Positions 31,008 through 42,481 of a DNA stretch of 64,000 nt are shown here, one piece after another. Under the pieces are notes generated by a model that saw nothing but the letters and a program-made list of their open reading frames with translations, searched no databases and had not been told where the DNA came from. Made by a program: the position numbers and the translations under genes. How positions within the stretch are numbered: the stretch's first letter is position 1; each line of letters opens with the position of its first letter. Source of the DNA: Anaeromyxobacter sp. (GTDB taxonomy: Bacteria > Myxococcota > Myxococcia > Myxococcales > Anaeromyxobacteraceae); NCBI GenBank assembly GCA_049840735.1, contig JASGJN010000013.1, forward strand, positions 384,001-448,000. The letters run 5' to 3'.

Positions 31008-32363
31008 TCAGGGGATCAGCCGGAGCAGCTCGGCCCGCAGCGTGGCGCGCGCGGCGTCGTCCGAGGCGACCGCCAGGGCCCGCTCCAGCGCGCCGGCCGC
31101 GTTGCGGCGGAACCCCTTCTCCTCGTACAGCGCCGCCAGCGCCCGCAGCGCGGCCAGGTGGCCCGGGCGCAGATCGGCGGCCCGCTCCAGCGCGGTCATG
31201 GCGCCGAAGGCGTCGCCCCGGGCCCGCAGCGCCCGGCCCAGCTGGTGGTGCGCCTCGGCCGCGTAGGGGTCCGAGCGCACCGCCTCCGCCAGCAGGTCCA
31301 GCGCGCCGGTGACGTCGCCGGCGGCCAAGAGCTCCCGCGCGCGCTTCACCAGCGGCTCGGCCGGCCCCGGCCCCTCCGCCCGCGGCCGCGACGCGCCCAC
31401 CTCGCGCGCGGCGGCCACCCGGCGCACCAGGTCGTCCAGCCGGAACGGCTTCTCGATGTAGTCCACCGCGCCGAACTGCTCGCGGGCGTCCTCGGCGTAG
31501 CGCCAGCCGCGGTAGATGGCGGTCATCATGACCACCGGGATGTGGCGGGTGCGCGGGTTGGACTTGAGCCGCAGGCAGGCCTCGAACCCGTGCAGGCGCG
31601 GGAGCATCGCGTCCAGCACCACCACGTCCGGCCGCAGCGCCTCGGCGCGGGCCACGCCCTCCTCGCCGTCGGCGGCCGTCTCGACCCGCCAGCCGTGGCC
31701 GGTGAGCGCCTTGAGCACCAGCTGGCGGATCTCCGGCTCGTCGTCCACCACCAGCGCCAGCGGCAGGCCCGGGTCGCGGTCCGGCTCCGGCTCGACGTCG
31801 ATCACCACCTCGGCCGGCAGGATCTCGTCCTCGACGATCTCCACCACCTCCAGGCCGTCATCCGGGACGCCGGGCAGGTGCACGGCCAGGTGCGGCTCGG
31901 CCGGCCCGGCGGCGCCGCGCCAGCGGTGCTCGCCGCGGGCGCGCCGGTCGTAGGCGTCGGCCACCACGTGCTCGAGCGCCGCCTTGATGGCCGCGTAGGG
32001 CGAGACCTCCATGCCGGTGACGAAGCGCACCTCGGAGATGACCCGCTCGTCCAGCGGCCGGGACATGGCCAGGTGCACGCGGCCGCCCTCCAGCGAGAGC
32101 GGCAGCATCAGGTCGGCCTCGGCCACCGGCCGCGGCACAATCCCCACCGCGTCCAGCGAGATGCAGGTCCGCGAGAGGTCCACGCCCGGCACCCGGAAGC
32201 GCTCGGCCAGGGCGGCCGCCAGGGCCCCCTCGTCCACGCCCTCGTGGAGCAGCTGCGAGAGGAGCGGGATGCCCCGGGCGGTGGCCGTGCGGACCGCCCG
32301 CTCGACCACCTCGACGGTGGTGACGCCGCGCTGCACCAGCAGGTCGCCGATCCGGACGTTCAC
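31008..32363 (-). CDS. MshEN/T2SSE_N - receiver - TPR response regulator
   Basis: RIGDLLVQRG, AMSRPLD; LVVDD, VLDAMLP, MMT, KPF; C-terminal TPRs. Confidence 0.85.
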   Translation of the reverse strand: MNVRIGDLLVQRGVTTVEVVERAVRTATARGIPLLSQLLHEGVDEGALAAALAERFRVPGVDLSRTCISLDAVGIVPRPVAEADLMLPLSLEGGRVHLAMSRPLDERVISEVRFVTGMEVSPYAAIKAALEHVVADAYDRRARGEHRWRGAAGPAEPHLAVHLPGVPDDGLEVVEIVEDEILPAEVVIDVEPEPDRDPGLPLALVVDDEPEIRQLVLKALTGHGWRVETAADGEEGVARAEALRPDVVVLDAMLPRLHGFEACLRLKSNPRTRHIPVVMMTAIYRGWRYAEDAREQFGAVDYIEKPFRLDDLVRRVAAAREVGASRPRAEGPGPAEPLVKRARELLAAGDVTGALDLLAEAVRSDPYAAEAHHQLGRALRARGDAFGAMTALERAADLRPGHLAALRALAALYEEKGFRRNAAGALERALAVASDDAARATLRAELLRLIP

Positions 32364-32507
32364 CGGGAGTCCTCCCAGCCTCGTGACCGGTTCATCCTAC
32401 CCGGGGTACCGGTCCGGGCAAGGAGTTCCCGCCACCCCGCCCCCGGACGTGCGCCGCCCGCCGGTGCCACGCGGACGTGGGACGGGGGGCCGGGCGGCCG
32501 GAGCGGC

Positions 32508-33173
32508 TCAGCCCACCGTGTCGGCGTAGGTCATCACCAGGTACATGACGCTCTCGCCCGAGGCCCGGTTCCTGTAGACGTGGGGCACGTCGGCCTCGAA
32601 GACCATGGCGTCGCCGCGGGAGAGCGGCTCCTTGCGCCCGGCGACCTCGATCTCCACCTCCCCCTGCGCCACCACCAGGTTCTCGATGGTGCCGGGGTTG
32701 TGCGCGTCGGCCTTCTCCACGCCCCCCGGGGCCAGGCGCAGCTCGTAGAACTCGACCCGGCGCGGCTCGTCGAACGGGAAGAGCGCGCGCGACGAGAAGG
32801 AGCCGTCGTGGCTGGTGAGGAGCTTGGCCTGGCCGGCGCGCAGCACCTGCAGCCCGCCGCCGCCGCGGGCCGTGATCAGGGCCGAGAAGGGCACGCCCAG
32901 CGCCGAGGAGATCTTCCAGAGCACGTTGATGGTGGGCGCGCTCTGCCCCAGCTCGATCTGGCCCAGCATGGCGCGCGAGACGCCGGAGAGCTTGGACAGC
33001 CGCTCCAGCGAGAGCTGCCGCTGGCCGCGGAGGCGGCGCAGGTTGAATCCGACCACCGGCGTGAGATCCTTCCCCAGGGCGGGGGCGGTCTCGCGCGGTT
33101 CGGGGGTGGCCTTCGGCTCCGGGGAGGCGGGCGTCCGGCGGCTGCGCCCGCGGTTCTCTCGCGCGCTCTTCAT
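32508..33173 (-). CDS. XRE-HTH plus cupin transcriptional regulator (SutR/PuuR type)
   Basis: NLRRLR..LSLERLS..SGVSRAMLGQIE.G.SAPTI; HNPGTIE, ADVPHVYRN. Confidence 0.92.
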   Translation of the reverse strand: MKSARENRGRSRRTPASPEPKATPEPRETAPALGKDLTPVVGFNLRRLRGQRQLSLERLSKLSGVSRAMLGQIELGQSAPTINVLWKISSALGVPFSALITARGGGGLQVLRAGQAKLLTSHDGSFSSRALFPFDEPRRVEFYELRLAPGGVEKADAHNPGTIENLVVAQGEVEIEVAGRKEPLSRGDAMVFEADVPHVYRNRASGESVMYLVMTYADTVG

Positions 33174-33185
33174 GAGCCCAGCGTT

Positions 33186-33199
33186 TCCGTTACAACGGA
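33186..33199. promoter_or_regulatory. Inverted repeat, candidate operator
   Basis: TCCGTT-AC-AACGGA in the 30-bp gap between divergent genes. Confidence 0.5.
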
Positions 33200-33203
33200 G
33201 GCG

Positions 33204-34235
33204 TTGTCAACGCACTCCCGAGCCGGCGGTCCGTGGCGGGTGACCTTCGTCACCAGCCCGGACGACTGCAACCTGGGCTGCGACATGTGCCCCTGCGGCC
33301 TGGATCGGGCGGCCCGCGCGGCCGCCGGGCTGCCGCCGCGCCCGCCCCGGCCCCGCCGGATGGCGCCCGGGCTGGCGCTGGAGGTGCTGGGGGAGCGGCG
33401 CGGGTCCCCGCTGTCCCAGGTGATCCCCTCGACCATGGGCGAGCCGCTCCTGTGGAGCGGCCTGGACGACCTGCTGGAGGGGTGCCGGGCGGCCGGGGCG
33501 GCCCTCAACCTGACCACCAACGGCACCTGGCCCGGCCGCGGCCCGGACGCCTGGGCCGCGGCGCTGCTCCCGGTGGCCTGCGACGTCAAGATCTCCTGGA
33601 ACGGCGCCACCGCCGCCACCGCTGAGGCCCTCATGCCCGGGCTCTCCTTCGCCGCCGCGGTGGAGGGCGTGCGCCGGGTGGCGGCGGCGCGCGACCGGCA
33701 GGCCGCCGCCGGCGGCCCCCGCCCCACCCTCTCGTTCCAGGTCACGGCGCAGGAGGCCAACCTGGCCGAGCTGCCGGAGCTGGTGCGGCTGGCGGCGGCG
33801 CTGGGCGTGGACCGGGTCAAGGTGAACCAGCTGCAGGTGCGCTGGCCGGCGCTGGCGGCGCGCTCGCTGCGGCGCAGCCCGGAGGCCATCCGGCGCTGGA
33901 ACGCGGCCGTGCCGGCGCTCCAGGCCGCCGCGGCGGCGGGGCCGCGGCCGGTGCGGCTCCAGCACGTCGAGCCGCTCCGGCCCGACCCCACCGCGCCGGC
34001 GCCGCTCGGGCCCTGCCCGTTCCTGGGCCAGGAGGCCTGGATCCACTGGGACGGCCGGCTCGCGCCCTGCCCCCACCCCGCCGCGGCCGGGGGGGCGCTG
34101 GGCGAGCTGGGCTCGGTGGCGGAGCGGCCGCTGGGCGAGCTCTGGGCCGCGCCCGCCTACCGGTCGCTGCTGGAGCGCTGGCCGGACCTCGAGCCGTGCC
34201 GGAGCTGCCCCTTCCGCCGCCCCGGCGGCGCGTGA
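33204..34235 (+). CDS. Radical SAM protein with SPASM/twitch domain
   Basis: CNLGCDMC, MGEPLL, TTNG, CPFLG..IHWDG.LAPC...CRSC; start TTG 33204 or GTG 33240. Confidence 0.88.
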   Translation: MSTHSRAGGPWRVTFVTSPDDCNLGCDMCPCGLDRAARAAAGLPPRPPRPRRMAPGLALEVLGERRGSPLSQVIPSTMGEPLLWSGLDDLLEGCRAAGAALNLTTNGTWPGRGPDAWAAALLPVACDVKISWNGATAATAEALMPGLSFAAAVEGVRRVAAARDRQAAAGGPRPTLSFQVTAQEANLAELPELVRLAAALGVDRVKVNQLQVRWPALAARSLRRSPEAIRRWNAAVPALQAAAAAGPRPVRLQHVEPLRPDPTAPAPLGPCPFLGQEAWIHWDGRLAPCPHPAAAGGALGELGSVAERPLGELWAAPAYRSLLERWPDLEPCRSCPFRRPGGA

Positions 34236-34292
34236 CGGAGCTCCCCCAAGCACGTCCCCCGCGGCGCGCCCGGCTCGGGTACGCTCGCGGCC

Positions 34293-35773
34293 GTGTCCCC
34301 CGAGCCCATCCCCACCGCCGTGGCGCTCACCGTCGCGGCCCTCCTGCTGACCTCCGCGGCGCTGGGCTCGCGCGCCTCGGGGCGGCTGGGGGTGCCCTTC
34401 GCGCTGCTCTTCCTGGCGGTCGGCATGCTGGCCGGATTCGGAGGGGGTGGGCGGCATCGTCTTCGAGAGCTACGGCCTGACCTTCCGGGTCGGCACCGTG
34501 GCGCTGGTGCTGGTGCTGTTCGACGGCGGGCTCAACACCTCGCTCTCCTCCATCCGCCCGGTGCTGGCCCCCAGCCTGCTCCTGGCCACCCTGGGCGTGG
34601 TCGGGACCGCGGCGCTGACCGCGGTGGGCGGCCACGCGCTGCTCGGGCTCGACTGGCCGGCCGCGGCCCTGCTCGGCGCCATCGTCTCCTCCACCGACGC
34701 GGCGGCGGTCTTCGGCGTGCTGCGGGCCGGCGGGGTCCACGTCCGGCCGAAGCTGGGCTCGCTGCTGGAGCTGGAGTCCGGGGCCGACGATCCGGTGGCG
34801 GTGATCCTGACCCTGGGGCTCACCCACGCGCTGGCCGGCGGCGGCGGCTCGCCCGGGCGGATGGCGCTGGAGGCGGGGCTGCAGCTGCTGGTGGGCCTGG
34901 CCGGCGGCGCCGCGGTGGGGCTGGGCGGGCGCTGGCTGCTGGGGCGGGTGCGGCTGGCGGCCTCCGGGCTCTACCCGGTGCTGACGCTGGCGCTGGCGCT
35001 GTTCGCCTTCGGCGCCCCCACGCTGCTCTGGGGCAGCGGCTTCCTGGCCGTGTACGTGGCGGCCATGGTGCTGGGGAACGGCAAGCTCCCCTACGGCGCC
35101 GGGCTGCGCCGCGTCCACGACGCCATGGCCTGGGTGAGCCAGATCGCCATGTTCCTGCTGCTGGGCCTCCTGGCCTTCCCCAGCCGGATCGCGGCGGTGG
35201 CCGGGCCGGGGCTCCTGCTGGGCCTGTTCCTGGCGCTGGTGGCCCGGCCGGCGGTGGTGGCGCTGCTGCTCCTGCCCTTCCGCTTCTCGCTGCGCGAGAT
35301 CGCCTTCGTGGCCTGGGTCGGGCTGCGCGGCGCGGTGCCCATCATGCTGGCCACCTACCCGGTGCTGAGCGGCGTGGCCGGCGGCCAGCAGGTCTTCAAC
35401 CTGGTCTTCTTCGTGGTGGTGGTGAGCGTGGTGGTGCAGGGCACCACCATCCGCGTCCTGGCCCGCGCGCTCGGGCTGGAGGTGGCCCAGCCGCCGGCGC
35501 CGCGCGCGGTGCTGGAGATCCTCTCCTCCACCCCGCTCTCCGGGGGAGGTGCTCTCCTTCTACGTCGAGGCGGCCAGCGCAGTGGCCGGGTCGCGCATCG
35601 GCGACCTGCCCTTCCCGGAGGGCGCGGCGGTGATGCTGGTGGTGCGCGGCCGCGAGCTGGTGGCGGCCCGCGGCCGGACCGAGCTAAAGCCCGGCGATCA
35701 CGTCTACGTGTTCGCGCCGCCGGCGGAGCGCGGGCTGGTGCAGCTGCTCTTCGGCCGGGCCGAGGAGGGGTGA
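34293..35773 (+). CDS. cvrA: K+/H+ antiporter (NhaP2/CvrA) with TrkA-C; frameshifts near 34437 and 35545
   Basis: LFDGGL, SSTDAAAVF, LELESG.DDP, WVGLRGAVPI, QGTT. Confidence 0.9.
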
Positions 35774-35786
35774 GCCGGGGCCGGGT

Positions 35787-36425
35787 TCAGTCGCGCGAGG
35801 CGCGCAGCCCGTCCTCCAGCTCGTTGGGCTGCGCCCCGCCGCCCGGCCCGCGCGGGAAGTGCTCCGCCAGGCGGGCCCCGCAGAGCCCGACGGCCTCCAC
35901 GAAGCCGCGGCCCGGATCCCCGGCCCGCAGCCCGGCCACCAGCGCCGCCACCGCGCGGTCCCACTCGCCCGGCGGCAGGCGGGCGTCGATGCCGCGGTCG
36001 CCCAGGATCACCGCCTCCCGCTCGAACAGCGAGGCGAAGACCAGCACGCCGGTCCCCTCCGCGGTCCGGTGCAGCCCGTGCTCGTGGAAGGCGCGCACGG
36101 CCCGGGCCCGCACCGCCTCGTCCAGCGCCCGCGCGCCGGCCAGCCGGCGCTCCAGCGGGTCCCAGAGCGAGAGCAGCGCCCCCAGCCCGCCCGCCAGCAC
36201 CTGGATCAGCACCAGCTCCGGCAGCGTGAGCGGGAGCCGCAGCCCCAGGACCGCCGCGGTGGCCAGCGCGGCCAGCAGCAGCGCGCCGCGCGCCCGCGTC
36301 TCCGGGTAGGCGTCGCTCTTCTCCACCACCACCGGCACCAGCTGCCCGCGCGAGCCCGCCTCGGCGGCGCGGACCGCCTCGGCCACCCGCGCCCGGACCG
36401 CCTCGTCCATGGCCTCGATCCTCAC
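35787..36425 (-). CDS. TPM domain protein
   Basis: AVRAAE..SRGQLV, GLHRT..GTGVLVF, DRGI, NELED. Confidence 0.88.
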   Translation of the reverse strand: MRIEAMDEAVRARVAEAVRAAEAGSRGQLVPVVVEKSDAYPETRARGALLLAALATAAVLGLRLPLTLPELVLIQVLAGGLGALLSLWDPLERRLAGARALDEAVRARAVRAFHEHGLHRTAEGTGVLVFASLFEREAVILGDRGIDARLPPGEWDRAVAALVAGLRAGDPGRGFVEAVGLCGARLAEHFPRGPGGGAQPNELEDGLRASRD

Positions 36426-36434
36426 GTGCCCCTC

Positions 36435-37181
36435 CTACCAGCGCCCCGAGGCGCCGCCGCCGGAGAAGCCGCCGCCGCCGCCGCCCCAGCCGCCGCCTCC
36501 GCCGCCGAAGCCGCCGCCGAACCCGCCGCCCCCCCAGCCGCCCCACCAGAGCGAGCGGCGCCGGCGCGGGCCGAAGCCGCGGAGGATGTTGAAGACCACG
36601 ATCCCGATGATGAACAGCGTCACCAGCAGCGAGGAGCCGGGCGTGCCGCGCGCCGGGCGGCGCTGCACCTGCATGCCGTCGGGCAGCGCGCCCAGCGCGC
36701 CGAGCACGCGCTGCCCGGCGTCGTAGAGGCCGTCGCCGTAGCGCCCTTCCCTGAAGGCCGGGCCCATCACCTCGCGGATGATCCGCGAGGAGGCCACGTC
36801 GGTGAGCTCGCCCTCCACGCCGCCGCCCACCTCGATGCGCGCCTGGCGGTCCTGGATGGCGACGGTGACGAGCACGCCGTTGTCGGCGGCACGGCTGCCG
36901 AGCCCCCAGCGCTCGGCGACCCGCATCGAGAAGTCCTCGATGGGCTCGCCGTCCAGCGAGCGGATCACCAGGAACTGCAGCTGCGGGCCCTCGCCGCCGC
37001 TGGCCTGGCGCGCCGCGCGCGAGAGGCTGGAGAGCCGGCGGACGTCGCCGTCGTCGAGCACCCCGGCCTGGTCCACCACCGGCCCGCTCAGCGCCGGGAC
37101 CGGCACCTCGGCGCGGGCCGGCCCGGCGGCGGACCAGAGGATCGCCGCCGCGGCCAGCGCCGCCCCGGCGCGGCCGCCCAT
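36435..37181 (-). CDS. TPM domain protein (YgcG family)
   Basis: VVDQAGVL, DNGVL, RIEVG.G.EG.LTD, Gly-rich tail GGGASGRW. Confidence 0.92.
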   Translation of the reverse strand: MGGRAGAALAAAAILWSAAGPARAEVPVPALSGPVVDQAGVLDDGDVRRLSSLSRAARQASGGEGPQLQFLVIRSLDGEPIEDFSMRVAERWGLGSRAADNGVLVTVAIQDRQARIEVGGGVEGELTDVASSRIIREVMGPAFREGRYGDGLYDAGQRVLGALGALPDGMQVQRRPARGTPGSSLLVTLFIIGIVVFNILRGFGPRRRRSLWWGGWGGGGFGGGFGGGGGGWGGGGGGFSGGGASGRW

Positions 37182-37765
37182 CAGAACTTCACCTCCGGCG
37201 CCTTCTCGGCGCCGGCCGTGGTGGCCTGGAACTGGGCCTTGGGCTGCTTGTGGAAGAAGAGCGAGTTGGTCCAGCTGGTGGGCGGCACGGTCACCAGGTT
37301 GTTGAACGTCTGCACCGACTCGATGTAGCGCCGGCGGGCGACGCCGATCCGGTTCTCGGTCCCCTCCAGCTGCGCCTGCAGGTCGCGGAAGTTCTCGTTG
37401 GCCTTCAGGTTGGGGTAGTTCTCGGCCACCGCCAGCAGCCGCCCCAGCGCGCTGCGCAGCTCGCCCTGGGCCGCCTCGAACTTGCGCAGGTTCTCCGGGC
37501 TGAGCTGATCGGCGGTGAGCGTGACCGAGGTGGCGCGGGCGCGGGCCTCCACCACGGCCTCGAGCGTCTCGCGCTCATGGGCCGCGTAGCCCTTCACCGT
37601 GGCCACCAGGTTCGGCACCAGGTCGGCCCGGCGCTGGTACTGGTTCTCGACCTCGGCCCAGGCGGCCGAGACGCCGTTGTCGGCGGTGGGGATGGACTGC
37701 ACGCCGCAGCCCGCGAGCATCAGGACGGCGGCCAGGGACGCGAGGAGGCGGGAGGAGGTGCGCAT
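37181..37765 (-). CDS. lemA: LemA family protein
   Basis: Lipobox LAGC, QYQRRADLVPNLV, ENYPNLKAN, LEGTENRI. Confidence 0.95.
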   Translation of the reverse strand: MRTSSRLLASLAAVLMLAGCGVQSIPTADNGVSAAWAEVENQYQRRADLVPNLVATVKGYAAHERETLEAVVEARARATSVTLTADQLSPENLRKFEAAQGELRSALGRLLAVAENYPNLKANENFRDLQAQLEGTENRIGVARRRYIESVQTFNNLVTVPPTSWTNSLFFHKQPKAQFQATTAGAEKAPEVKF

Positions 37766-37835
37766 GGCGCATGTTCTAGCGCGCGCCGCCCCTTCATAAA
37801 ACGATCATTTTTCGCAGGCACACCCAGACTGGGGC

Positions 37836-38420
37836 TCATTCACCGGACGTGCGTGCGGCCGGCGACGGGCGGAGGTCCACCGCCGCCACCCGGGCGGAGG
37901 ACGGGCACCACTCACCCACGTCCTGGACATAGAGGGCCGCCTCCAGCTCGATGGCCGACGGGCAGCGGTCACAGGTGGGCGAGCCCACCGGCACGAAGGC
38001 CGGGCCGACGAAGGACGCGCGCCAGCTCCACTGGTCGTCGCAGTCCGGCCCGAAGAGCAGCCGCAGGTCCGGCACCGACGCCCCGGGCGACGCCGGATCG
38101 GCCGCCAGCTCCTGCGCCCGCGCGATGAACGCCTGGTCGATGGCCCAGAGCTTCATCGACTGCCCGCACGAGACCAGGGTGATGAAGGCGCCGCCGGTGC
38201 GCGAGCGGCAGGCCGCCTCCGGATTGGGGATGCAGCTGCCGTTGAAGCAGGCGTTGCCCGCGGCGCAGGAGCGGCCGCAGCTGCCGCAGTGGAGCGGCTC
38301 GGAGGCCAGGTCGTAGCAGACGCCGCCGCAGGCCTCGAGGGGGCTGGGGCACGGCTGGGCCTCGAAGCAGGAGGCCAGCGGCAGGAGCGCCAGCAGGGCC
38401 AGGACGCGCGACCAGGGCAT
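37836..38420 (-). CDS. Cys-rich lipoprotein
   Basis: Lipobox LASC, CGGVCYDL..HCGSCGRSC myxobacterial-type Cys module, second domain with WSW..CD.CP..WCP. Confidence 0.75.
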   Translation of the reverse strand: MPWSRVLALLALLPLASCFEAQPCPSPLEACGGVCYDLASEPLHCGSCGRSCAAGNACFNGSCIPNPEAACRSRTGGAFITLVSCGQSMKLWAIDQAFIARAQELAADPASPGASVPDLRLLFGPDCDDQWSWRASFVGPAFVPVGSPTCDRCPSAIELEAALYVQDVGEWCPSSARVAAVDLRPSPAARTSGE

Positions 38421-38483
38421 GTCGCCGTTCTATCACGCGCGGCGCCCGCCGGCCGGCAGGCCGCCCGTGTACACTCCCCGGCC

Positions 38484-38936
38484 ATGGCCACGACCCCCGC
38501 CGGCTGGAGCGAAGTCTACGCGCTGGTGCGCCGCATCCCCCGCGGGCGCGTGGCGACCTACGGCCAGGTCGCCGCCCTGCTCGGCCGCCCCCGCGCCGCC
38601 CGCCAGGTCGGCTTCGCGCTGGCGGCGCTGCGGGGCACGCGCCACGACGTCCCGTGGCAGCGCGTGCTGGGCGCCCGGCCGGGGGGCCACGCCGCCATCA
38701 CCATCCTCGACCCCATGGGCGCCGCGGTGCAGCGCCACAAGCTCGAGGACGAGGGCGTGGCCTTCGACGAGCGCGGGCGGATCGCGCTGGAGCGGTTCGG
38801 ATGGGCCCGGGCGCGCCGGCTCACGCCCGCAGCGCGCGGCGGGAAGCGAGGCGCCGCGAAGGGCGCGCAGCCCAGGGCAGTCCGCGGCGGCCCGGCGCGG
38901 GGTGGAGCGCGACGGCGACCACCGCGCAGCCGCTGA
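38484..38936 (+). CDS. Alkyltransferase-like protein (ATL, MGMT family)
   Basis: IPRGRVATYGQVA, ARQVG.AL, PWQRV (Trp instead of catalytic Cys). Confidence 0.9.
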   Translation: MATTPAGWSEVYALVRRIPRGRVATYGQVAALLGRPRAARQVGFALAALRGTRHDVPWQRVLGARPGGHAAITILDPMGAAVQRHKLEDEGVAFDERGRIALERFGWARARRLTPAARGGKRGAAKGAQPRAVRGGPARGGARRRPPRSR

Positions 38937-39180
38937 GCACGCCGGTCAGCGCCTCGGCGGTGGTGGCGTAGGCAAGCACCGTCGGCGCCACCATGAGCCA
39001 GGTGCCCAGCACGACCGCGGCGAAGCCGTCGGAGGAGCCCGAGCGGGCGGCGGCGCAGATCACGATCAGGGCCAGGCCGCAGACGATGTGGTCGAGCCTC
39101 GCGGGGGAGCCGGGGGCGGACAGGATGAAGCCGGCGGCGACGAGTGCTGTGCCGAGGACGGCCTGGAGCCAGCGACGCAT
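38821..39180 (-). CDS. Small membrane protein (SPW-repeat-like)
   Basis: Four hydrophobic segments, VVLGTWLMVAP.VL.Y. Confidence 0.6.
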   Translation of the reverse strand: MRRWLQAVLGTALVAAGFILSAPGSPARLDHIVCGLALIVICAAARSGSSDGFAAVVLGTWLMVAPTVLAYATTAEALTGVLSGCAVVAVALHPAPGRRGLPWAARPSRRLASRRALRA

Positions 39181-39475
39181 GGGTGAACCCCCTGGGCGGC
39201 AAGGTGGTGGGGGGTGCCGGGTGGCGGCAACCCTGGGGCCGGGGGAGGGAGGGGGCGGGCGGGGGCTGGCTTCGGGTCGCTGCCGGCGGGGCGGCTCTGG
39301 GCGCTGCCGGCGGGGCGGGGCGCTGGGGTGGCCCCTGCCCCAGCGCCGCGGGCGGTGCCGTGCTGGGTGGAGGTGCGCGGGGCTGGGGACGGGGAGGGGG
39401 CGGCGAGCCGGAGTCAGGTCCTCCTTGTTTGCGAGCCCGCTCGAGCGCGCGAGCGGCCTGGATCCACAGAAGGTC

Positions 39476-39585
39476 ACCTGCTCCAGCGCGGGGGCCCTTG
39501 GGGTCAACTGGGAGTGACCTACTCCAGCGCGTGCGCCCTTGGGGTCAACTGGGAGTTACCTACTCCAGCGCGTGCGCCCTTGGGG
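39476..39585. repeat. 41-bp tandem repeat, about 2.7 copies
   Basis: ACCTACTCCAGCGCGTGCGCCCTTGGGGTCAACTGGGAGTK starting at 39476 (3 mismatches), 39517 and 39558 (partial). Confidence 0.92.
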
Positions 39586-39624
39586 GGAGAACCGGGATGG
39601 GGTCAGGTCATGGCTGATGAGGAT

Positions 39625-39674
39625 CCGTTCGGGCTGAGCGTAGCGAGCCCGCAGGGCTCGCGGAGTCGAAGCCC
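39625..39674. repeat. Structured palindromic intergenic repeat, copy 2
   Basis: CCGTTC-GGGC-TGAGCGTA-GCGAGCCC-GCA-GGGCTCGC-GGAGTCGAA-GCCC. Confidence 0.85.
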
Positions 39675-39704
39675 AGGCGCCGCGAGGCACCGGCGCCCAC
39701 ACAT

Positions 39705-39737
39705 GAAGAAACCCCAGGACCGCGAGGCCCTGGGGTT
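39705..39737 (-). terminator. Intrinsic terminator of glgP
   Basis: Minus strand AACCCCAGGGCC-TCGC-GGTCCTGGGGTT followed by TCTT. Confidence 0.8.
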
Positions 39738-39766
39738 CCCGTGAAGCGGGCTGGAGCTTGGGTCCG

Positions 39767-42289
<2,523 letters not shown>

Positions 42290-42481
42290 CCTGCTTCCTC
42301 CATCGGCCGCCGCGGGGCGGCCAGCCGGACCCATGGGTTCCTGCCGGTCCGGAGCCGCGCATCATATCCACGAGGGTGCAGGGCGCCAGCGACAAGGTGC
42401 AGCGTCAACGCCGCGCTGCGGCGCGGCGCCACGGATCAGGCGCACGCTCGGACGGGTGCTGTGCCCGAAGTACGGGAGGTT

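Noticed and set aside
39476..39585. CRISPR array
   Set aside because: Units are head-to-tail and near-identical with no unique spacers; no cas genes in the window
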